Source: Chiloscyllium plagiosum (lineage: Eukaryota). Taken from it: a stretch of DNA of 45,450 nucleotides. Below are positions 36,250-45,450 of this stretch, in pieces. The stretch's first letter is position 1. Every line of letters begins with the position of its first letter. Made by a program: the position numbers and the translations under genes. The stretch spans positions 45,964,229-46,009,678 of the forward strand of contig NC_057728.1 of NCBI RefSeq assembly GCF_004010195.1, in the 5' to 3' direction. Below the pieces are notes generated by a model. That model did not search any database, was not told the DNA's origin, and saw nothing but the letters and a program-made list of their open reading frames with translations.

Positions 36250-38160
36250 TTATGACTATGTCCCAGACACATCTAGGTCTGTCATGTTCTACCAGCAGGG
36301 CAGACCCAGCCGTGGTGGCAATAGTGTGGTATAGTGTTTTGAGAGTTGCCCTAGCATTGTCAACATGGACTTCGAACCTCAATGTCTCATAGCATCCAGT
36401 CAAACATGAGTAGGGAAACCTCTTTTGAAGTACTACGTTTGCCGTCTCCCCATCTCAATTGATGAATCTGTACTGCTCCATGTTAAACACCAGCATGGAG
36501 GAAGCACAAGCATGCCCAATGTACTCTGGATGAACTTCAATGTCCATAAACAAGAATGGCTCAGTAGAACCACTACTGAAACAAGCTGATTGAGTCCTAA
36601 AGGATAAAGCTGCTTTATTAAGTCTGCAGCAGGTGGTGAGAAAAGCAACAAGGAGAAATATACTTGAATTAATCCTCACCAATCTGCCTGCTGCAGAAGC
36701 ATCTGTTCATGTCTGTATTAGTAGAAGTGATTGTCTCTACAACAACAAAGTGTCAAAGTGCCATCCTTACACTGAATAATTCATCTACTGTGTGGTGTGG
36801 GATAACCACCGTGCTGAATTTGATAAATTTTGAAATAGCAACTCAAACTGGGCATCCGTAAGATGTTGTGGGCCATCAGCAGCAGCCAACTGATACTCAA
36901 ACACAACCTGTAAACCTTATGACCCTGCATATCTCTCCCTCTGTCATTACCACCAAGCCATTACCACTTGCTTCCAAGTAGACTGTAGGAGGCATGTCAG
37001 GAAGAGCACCAGGCATACCTAGAAATGACGTCAACCTCAAAGTCCAAAGCAGCACCACCTGCAAGCAAAAATGAACAGCAGGTAAATGCATGGATCTGAG
37101 CAATTCCACAACAAACAGATCTGATGTGAGTTCTGGGGTTCTGTCACATTCAAATGGTGGTGGTGAATAAAACAACTCATTTGAAGGAGGAGGCTGTACA
37201 ATATCTGAATGTCCAATTACGGGGGAGGCCAGTGCATCGGTGCAAAAGACAAGGCTGAGGTATTTACAACAATTAGAGAGGCCCATCTCAATTGCCAAGA
37301 GGACAGTTAAAAGTCAACCACATTGCTGTGAGTCTGGAGACACATGTAGGCCAGACAGCAGTTTTCTTCTGTAAAGGTTGTTCATGAACAAGATGAGTGT
37401 TTCTGACATTTGATAGCAGTTTAATTGTCAAGATTAGATTTCAATTGGAGATTTCTTTTAATTGAATTCAAATACCACCATGTGCCACAGCAGGATTCAT
37501 ACCTGGGTCCCTAGAACATTACCTAGATTAATAGTTTAGACATTTTTACTCTAATACTATTAAGTCATTGGCCCCCCTTATGTTCTTATGTCTTAAAGCC
37601 AATAGACCTTGACAATAATCTCTGCCAACAGCACTGAAGACTTAGGTTTGAGAACTTTGCAAATTATTAACTAAACTGTTCCAGTAGAGATACAATGTTG
37701 GCATCTACCTGACAATGTAGAAAATTGCTTAAAAATGTGTTGCTGGAAAAGCGCAGCAGATCAGGCAGCATCCAAGGAGAAGGAGAATCGACATTTCGGG
37801 CATAAGCCCTTCTTCAGGAATGTGGAGGGTGTGCCAAGCAGGCTAAGATAAAAGATAGGGAGGAGGGACTTGGGGGAGGGGTGTTGGGAGGTTAAGATGA
37901 GGGTGATAGGCTGGAGAGGGGGTGGGGACGGAGAGGTCAGAAAGAAGATTGCAGGTCGATCAGGATGCTGCCTGACCTGCTGCTGTGCTTTTCCAGCAAC
38001 ATATTTTTAAGCTCTGATCTCCAGCATCTGCAGTCCTCACTTTCTCCTCAATGTAGAAAATTGTACAGGTTACGTCCTGTACACAAAACAAAAAGGATAG
38101 ATGGAATTACCATTCTATTCTTGACCATCAGTAACGTGATGATAGGGGTCATCAACATGA
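36250..38160 (+). mobile_element. decayed CR1/L2-group LINE (AP endonuclease to RT start) carrying nested SINE and Penelope insertions
   Basis: Endonuclease-like fragments 'DESVLLHV', 'NFNVHKQEWL', 'LQQVVR..TR...LELILTNLP'; RT-start-like 'GIYLTM.KI..V.PVHK' rejoined across the 37728-38048 insertion. Confidence 0.6.
37728..38048 (-). mobile_element. Penelope-derived element (truncated 3' end plus inverted arm) with 15-bp TSD
   Basis: TSD CAATGTAGAAAATTG at 37713-37727 and 38049-38063; 37735-37955 is the reverse complement of about 6990-7230; hammerhead core at 37790-37817 (-). Confidence 0.85.
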
Positions 38161-41100
38161 TGGTACTTTTGGAAAATTATGTAAAAAGAAGGGTGTGGTT
38201 TCAGGTGAAAGGTGAGTGATACATAATTACACCATTTGTGGCTTGCAATTAATGCGGGGTATTAGGATGAGGATGAAGTGGGATTGAGAAGGTGCATTTA
38301 GCAGGAACATCCCTCTCCAGGATGTTTTCAGTGATGCTAAATTCAATTAGCTTAGCGTCTGCCTGTCTCATAATACATTTCCTTCAATGGGCTTGGCTGA
38401 AGCTGGCGTGCCTGTCACCCACCATCTCTCTGCTGGTGTCTGTGATCTTGTCCTCCAAACAAAAAGAAGGAAATATGCCATTTATTCTGTTTAAAATGAA
38501 CTTTTATGATTTGCCTGCCATAGCTAAATAGTTGTTGATATGTAGAGATTGTAAGAAATGGTTGCGAGTCTGGCTGCATTGAAGGTGAGGTGGAGCATCT
38601 GAATATTAGGTATGGATTGGCGGCTGCTGATGTTTGAGTGAGTGATGGAGATTGATCCATCGTGTAGTATGAAAGGACTGTGGTTTAGTTAGTTTTGTGG
38701 ACTAGAGAAGGTGCCAGCAATTTGAAGATGCATTCTCGTTAAGGTTGACTACTCTTGTAAGCTCACAGAGCTTTTTCTTGGCACTATCCCAGCTTCTCAG
38801 AGCCAGATTCTGGCCACTTGTTTGTATTTATTTTCACAGGCCTCCTGTCCAAGGTTGAGATCCCCTCAGATCTCTCTCCTCCTCCTTGCCTGTTTAGGCC
38901 TTAAGTACTGCATCAGTTCACCTGGGAGCTCTTTCTCTGGCTTACTACGACATTGACACTCTTCTTCCTTCCAAACACTTCTTGAAACAGTTCCAGCAAC
39001 TGCTGTAGCCTGAATCCCAGTCCTTCCTTTGGGGCAGGCTGTCTTTCAGAACTGAAGCTAGCTGTGACTTTGTACTAGCTAAACATGTATCTGGGCCCAT
39101 GCTGAGCTTGCAGCCAGTCAGAAGCAGGAATTCATGCTGGGCTGCACACTGAAACGAAGTTGATGAAAGGTAAGCACAAACATTGCATACAAACTGCCTC
39201 AAGTTGACCAGGCATGGGGTAATTATGCATCATGATCCCTGGGTCCTCTATTGAATCTAATTGAATTTTATCCTAATATGTTTTATACAACCAGTTCATA
39301 TGACCATTTAATTGGCTCCTGGTGCTGTTTAAGGGATAAATATTGTTAGCTCACAATAGCAGAGCGAGGGTGAGGCATGCATGAGGGTGAGTGCCTAGCA
39401 GTCAGGTTGAACCATTAAAGTCAGTCTCCAGTTCACAGGTAACCTGCTGCTGTTAAAATCATAACTGGTCACAGCTGAAGTCTTCTGATATATTCAAGCG
39501 CAAAGCAATTTCTGGTTAGATTTACCGGATGTTCTGGTTGCTCAAGGCACAAGCTGTTACTCTGGTTAGAAGACAGGCAAACACGATTGTAGTTTTCTAC
39601 TGTTTTCAACTGACTTTTTCTTCTGGGTGAGACAACTTGCTTCGGTCAACCAGCAAAGCCTCACAACAACACTGGAAAGATAGCACCTCCAACAAGGTAG
39701 CATGCCTCATCATGGAGCCTTGTTGGCATAGTTTTTGGGCTCAAGTATCTGGAAAGAAGCTTTAAGTCACAACCTTTGGAAATAAAGGCAAAAGTATGTC
39801 ACAAAGCCAAGATAGCTGGATAATAGCAACAGCAAATTAACACAATTACACCCAAAATATTCTTAGCAAATGAGAGTAGAACAAAAAATTATAGTAGGTG
39901 AAACAAACTGTTTATGGTACTGGACTAAAGTGAAGTTTGATGATGTGCTGTCGGCCTTATATGGTCCACATGCTGCAACCAGCTCCTGAAAGTATCCCAG
40001 ATGTTATAGTGGACGGCAATTTAACACGAGACTGATTTTCCAAATTGTCTCACATTTTTGCTAAATCGCATCTATATGAGATATTAGAGGCGCATGACTG
40101 GAAATTATTCTATGAATAGTCAAAGCATGCATATCAAAATAGTTATCAATTAGAGACATGAGTCTTAAAACAGCAGACGGGAATTTGACACAAAAATGCT
40201 AAGCATTTGTACAATGATTTATTCAAGCAAATGTTGCAGATTGCACATTACAAATGCATACACAGCTGAGCAAGTCCAAGTTGGGTATAGACCCAATCAG
40301 ATATTTAAAAAATTATGTTTTAAGTTCCAAAGTAAAAGCACTAACATCATTGCATACATCAATGGAATATAAGTTTGAGAGGTTATACTACCCAAGTATT
40401 ACAGTGTCCTTGGCAACTATAAATTAACACTTGATAAGTTATATTCTCCTGCAGGGTTTAGGATTCTAATGTTGCAACCAAATGGTTGCCTTGAATCCAC
40501 ACTCATTGGCAATGGGACTGCTTACTGATTTTATTGGAGATGGATACCCAATTGGCTGCCTCCAGGCACCCCCTCATTAGAGGAATAGATGCTCAGAGGT
40601 CTCGACAATGCCATTGGAGAGACAGGCTCAGCTGATGCCAGCCAAAGAGCCAAAAGCAACTCAAAATGCTAACTCACTTAATAATGCAATACTACCTTTC
40701 TCTATTAATCCTCATACACCCCAACCCCTTTCCTCCACTGCTGTGATCGTTTAAAATGTGACATTCTTGTGTTTATCCTGGAGTGCAAGGTGAAAGGTTT
40801 TGGCTTCATGTCGTTGCATCCAACAATATTCAAGTTCTGTACCACAAAGTGACTGCTGATTTAAAAAAAAGATATTTGACTACACCTTTTAAAAGGTTCT
40901 GCAGATTAAGTATTTATGCTGCAAGTCCACATCATGTGGCACCCAAAACTGTTCAGTGACATCTATAATGTTTACACTTTGGGAGGGAAAATGAGAAGAT
41001 CTTTCTAGCATCGGATAGATTATCAAGCTAAACCGTTGCAATACGTGCTTATGTCATACTTGGGAAAATGATTTTCATTTTCTGACATAAATCAGAATGG

Positions 41101-43172
41101 TGATATTGATTGCTTGGCATCGTACCTCTGTATGCATTCATTGCGTTAGGTTTGAGAAGTTTCCTAAAAATGATTTCCTCTTCATATTTTGCAGTACATT
41201 AAAATCTTCCATAAACCATCACAGATTGTTCTGTACAATGTACTTGCATTTCTAAAAATAAATTTATATTTAAGAGGGCCGACTAGATTCAGTTTTATTA
41301 CTATTACAGAATATGGGTTTCTAACTGAAAAAAAAAGCATTGCTAATGACTGTCTGGTCCACCATCTGTTAAGAACCCTCATATTAACTGAAAATAGCCT
41401 TAAAACACTGTACAGAAGCATTTATATTACCGAGCAGAAGTTCCTTTCTTTCATAAATTAAATACTTTTATTTAAAAAGTGCCCATTCATGTCCTGCATC
41501 CTCAAGGCTACAAAAGTAGGTGATATGCTACGAATTCTTGACAAATAACTCACTCCCTCTTTTTCCAAAGTTTATCCACCATCTGTTAGGAGATGATGGA
41601 TAGTCACCACTTGCTTGGCTCGGTGCAGCTCCAACAATACCCAAGAAGTTGTGTCATTAAAGTGGAAATCATTCTGCCTGACCTGGTAAAGGAGGTGGAT
41701 GGAATACCAGTCACTCATTACAAAAACTCTGCAAAGTGCAGTAGTGAACACCATTCACAAGATGCACTGCAACAACAGGCTTCCTAGACAGTATTTCCCA
41801 AACCTATGGCCTTTCATACCTCAAAAGGACAAGCAGAAGGGCAGCATAATCTGTGAGATCCTCTCCAAGCCACTTATCACCCTGAATTGGAACTATATTA
41901 TCAAGCTTGTATCGTTTCAGGGTCAAAATCCTCAATTTTGAACAACAAAGTAATGGGATGCAATAGTTCAAGAAAGTGGTTCACCAATACTTCATAAGAG
42001 CAATTAGGGATAGACAATAAATGGTGGCCTAGTCAGAAATCCCTACTTTTTATGAGTCATAGAACTATTGTGGAGCAAAAGGAGGCCATTCTGCCCAATG
42101 TGTTTGTACCAGCTCTTCAAATGAGCATCATTACCTCTTGCCTTTTTTTGTTGCTCCCCTTAGTCATGCTAATTATTTCTATCCTCCCCAGAGGCCCACA
42201 AATAGACCCAACCAACAGTGTTAAAATCTCTAAGTGGCAATTTTGTGGATGGACAATGGGCTGAAGTCTGATTTTTATTTTTAAGCACCAGAAGTTTTTG
42301 TATATATTTTCATAATCTTTGAGCTAATTTAGCCAATTTCAGGAAAATTGTACTAGATGCAACCTTGTGGAAAGTCATGCCTCTTAAATTGTTTTGGACT
42401 TTTTTTCCTATGTTTCCTATGTGTTCTAAAGTATAACATAGAAAACGTTCTCAGCAAAATGCTCCAAAAAGTGAACAAACATACCTTGGCTTTTTATAAT
42501 GGGAATTATTCACCTAAAACTCAAGAATATATTGAAACAATATACGTTTTCCTTCAATACTTCTGCATTAGGACCGATTGGTATTACATTATTAATGAAC
42601 TATTAGTGCTAAAATTAGTATTAAAGTGCTCCCAGTCATGTAAATAAAACTGAATGCTTTAATTGCTATTGATTGAATAAGGATAAAAAGATAAAGTTGC
42701 CGTGGTCGTACTGACCATAGAAAACGGTGTCTCAGTCGAGACAGATGATTGGTGGTGGTTTAACTTAGGGTCACCACACTTCAGGTGAAGTGAGAGATTG
42801 AAGAGGAGAATCCTTCATTGTAACCTCAGCCAGTATGGAAATGGAACCCATGCTGTTGACCTTATTCTGCATTGCAAACCAGCCATCCAGCCATTCTAAT
42901 TGCCTCCATTGAATAGTAATACAATCCATTAGAACAATCTTAGAAATTTGTGGCACAAAAGCATGTCAGTCAATCACATTCGTATTATCTTTTTGTTGAG
43001 ACTAATTCTAAACTAATACCATTGACTTGCTTACAGTCCACAATCATCGACTGCAAACATTTAACTTTTGCAGTATACTTTTCACTTTTGGATTCACAGG
43101 CATATGTATTAGGGAAAGATGTGATATCCTCAACTCTGACTCTCCAGCATCTGTAGTCCTCACTTTCTCCTA

Positions 43173-43281
43173 GTGATTTCAATGAGGTGAACGATGTGGA
43201 GCTCATAGAATAAGAGTTTCCTGATTGAGGCTGTTAATCTGGTCCAATCAGGAAGCCCTGGCTGACAGATGCAAACAGGAG
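43173..43281 (+). promoter_or_regulatory. LTR/promoter-like host repeat that appears to be the insertion target (resumes at 44551-44584)
   Basis: Inverted CCAAT-containing decamers TTCCTGATTG (43218-43227) and CAATCAGGAA (43245-43254), then GATGCAAACAGGAG; the distal side reads TAAACAGGAGTGTTAGAGACCCTGTTCACTCTGAG. Confidence 0.45.
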
Positions 43282-43284
43282 CGT

Positions 43285-44816
43285 CCTGGCCAAACTGGCC
43301 ATTAACAGGTCGAGGCAGCGGGCCATGGTGGGGGTCGTTAGGGCCGACTGCCTGCCCCTCTTCCGCAGTTACGTTAGAGCCTGAGTGTCCTTGGAGAAGG
43401 AGCACGCGGTGTCCACCAACACCCTGGAGTTGTTCAGGGAGAGGTGGGCGCCGCAGGGAGTGGAGTGCATCATTTCTCCCTCCAACTCTATTTTGATTTA
43501 GTCCCTACCCTCCCCCTCACTGTTTTGATCACACAGCACTGCCCTTTGATGTGAAGGGCAGTGTTTGTCACTGGCCACCCGGGTGTTTTCCTATCTTCCT
43601 GGTGGTGGAATTTGAATAAATATTCGTGCACTTTGTGTCTTTCACTGTGTCTCACACCTGCACACACACACACCATGGGTGCTGGGAAAAAAATAAGCAC
43701 AACCGCACTTAGGTGGTAGGGTGGGGGTTAAAATAAATAAATAAATAAATTAAAAGGGAGTAAAAAAAATTAAAAAAAAGAAAAAACAAAGAGAAATAAA
43801 GTGCTATACCTGGCCAAACTGGCCATTAACAGGTCCAGGCAGCGGCCGTGGAGGGGGTCGTTAGGGCCGACTGCCTGCCCCTCTTCCGCGGTTACGTTAG
43901 AGCCCGGGTGTCCTTGGAGAAGGAGCACGCGGTGTCGACCAACACCCTGGAGTTGTTCAGGGAGAGGTGGGCGCCGCAGGGAGTGGAGTGCATCATTTCT
44001 CCCTTCAACTCCATTTTGATTTAGTCCCTACCCTCCCCTTCACAAAAAAAAACAAAAAAAAAGAAAAAAAAGTAAACAGGAGCATCCTGGCCAAACTGGC
44101 CATTAACAGGTCGAGGCAGCGGGCCATGGTGGGGGTCGTTAGGGCCGACTGCCTGCCCCTCTTCCGCGGTTACGTTAGAGCCTGAGTGTCCTTGGAGAAG
44201 GAGCACGTGGTGTCCACCAACACCCTGGAGTTGTTCAGGGAGAGGTGGGCGCCGCAGGGAGTGGAGTGCATTATTTCCCCCTGCAACTCTATTTTGATTT
44301 AATCTCTGCCCTCCCCTTCACTGTTTGATCACACAGCATTGCTCTTTGATGTGAAGGGCACTGCTTGTCACTGACCACTCGGGTGTTTCTTTTCTTCCTG
44401 GTGGTGGAAACTGAATAAAGATTTGTGCACCTTGTGTCTTTCACTGTGTCTCACACCTGCACACACACAACACGGATGCAGGGGAATTAATAAGCAATAC
44501 CGCAGTTAGGTGGTAGTGTAATAAAAGAAAAGGAAATGAAAAGAAAAAATAAACAGGAGTGTTAGAGACCCTGTTCACTCTGAGAAAAAAAACATAAACA
44601 GGAGCATCCTGGCCAAACTGGCCATAAACAGGTCCAGTCAGCGGGCCATGGAGGGGGTTATTAGGGCTGACTGCCTGCCCCTCTTCCACGGTTACATTAG
44701 AGTCCGAGTGTCTTTGGAGAAGGAGCACGCGGTGTCCACCAACACCCTTGAGCTGTTCAGGGAGAGATGGGTGCCGCAGGGAGTGGAGTGTATTATTTCC
44801 CCGTCCAATTCTATTT
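43285..44816 (+). mobile_element. array of four Tx1/L1-type non-LTR 3'-end units (43285-43800, 43809-44071, 44086-44549, 44608-44816)
   Basis: Each unit encodes LAKLAINRSRQRA...DCLPLFR.YVRARVSLEKEHAVSTNTLELFRERW.PQGVECIISP.NSI; units 1 and 3 have the full 3' UTR with AATAAA; units 1-3 end in A-rich tails. Confidence 0.85.
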
Positions 44817-45058
44817 TCCCTCATCCACCGCCCAGACATGCTTTGATATGCCCATGTGCCACGGGGTGGTTTGGGATCCCCAGTGGAGGGCTCTCTACGT
44901 GGGAGTCCTCCCCCTTTCTCTTGGGAATCTGTGGTGGAGGGTACAGCATGCAGCAGTCCCCTGCAACTGCAGGTTGCGGTGGTTCACAAACTCCCAGCCC
45001 AACTGCTTGTTCTGTGGTGCTGTGGAGTCGGTGGATCATGTATATTTTGGGTGTGCAC
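44817..45058 (+). mobile_element. Tx1/L1 ORF2 zinc-finger (zf-RVT-like) fragment
   Basis: PQWRALYVGVLPLSLGNLWWRVQHAAVPCNCRLRWFTNSQPNCLFCGAVESVDHVYFGC contains the CxxC...ES.DH...C motif of L1-clade ORF2. Confidence 0.85.
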
Positions 45059-45059
45059 T

Positions 45060-45450
45060 TTGAGTGCGAGCAGCAGCTAAGGTAAGATAGTTTGTTTTAA
45101 AATTACTTACCGGTAGCGGGCAGCTGTGTTTTTTTCTCTCTTTACAGAAAGAGCGGGAGCAGCAGGGGGAAGTGGCGAAGACCGGAGGGGCAGCCGGGTA
45201 GGTTTTTTTTCCCTTTAAAAGCGCGCAGGAGAAGTAGTAACTCCAAAGATGGCAGATAGATGGGTGACAGTGAGGGGGACTGGGAGGAAGCAGCCAGTGC
45301 AGGGCCCCCCTGCGGCCGTTCCCCTCAAGAACAAGTATACCGTTTTGGATACTTGTGGGGGGGACGACTTACCAGGGGCAAGTAACGGGGCTCAGGCCTC
45401 TGGCACGGAGCCTGTCCCCGTTACTCAGAAGGGAAGGGTGAAGAAGAGCA
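45060..45450 (+). mobile_element. 5' UTR and ORF1 part of a CR1-type LINE (runs off the window end)
   Basis: Open frame from 45231, EVVTPKMADRWVTVRGTGRKQPVQGPPAAVPLKNKYTVLDTCGGDDLPG..., has the WVTV / VPLxNxYxxL pattern that precedes the CR1 ORF1 esterase; compare EAVTP in the 27673-27909 ORF1. Confidence 0.75.

Noticed and set aside
43273..44816. CRISPR-like or satellite array
   Set aside because: Units are hundreds of nt long, protein-derived and A-tailed, with no short repeat/unique spacer structure; the context is eukaryotic.
43269..44839. Listed ORFs such as MQTGASWPNW..., MLYLAKLAINRSRQRPWR... and the minus-strand MLLLQGHSGS... as novel repeat proteins
   Set aside because: They are alternative-frame or antisense readings of the GC-rich Tx1 ORF2 fragment.

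Overview
AT-rich vertebrate genomic DNA, most likely from an elasmobranch (shark); this is inferred from HE1-type tRNA SINEs and CR1/HER1-type LINEs. Most of the window is intron-like sequence filled with retroelement debris: CR1 LINEs, tRNA SINEs, a decayed Gypsy pol and a solo LTR, plus one 112-N gap. No provided ORF is a complete cellular gene. Three things stand out. (1) About a dozen Penelope-derived fold-back elements carry a minimal hammerhead-ribozyme core (CUGAnGA-stem-GAAAC-GUC); several have 13-17 bp target-site duplications and one has tandem ribozymes. (2) At 43.3-45.1 kb, four Tx1/L1-type 3'-end units start at the same nucleotide, and three of them follow the same AAACAGGAG motif beside a CCAAT/TATA-like element, suggesting a site-specific non-autonomous retroelement. 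(3) A chain of + strand exon-like segments from 2.7 to 33.6 kb splices into one roughly 270-aa frame broken by three stops and one frameshift, i.e. a candidate unprocessed pseudogene that I cannot name.
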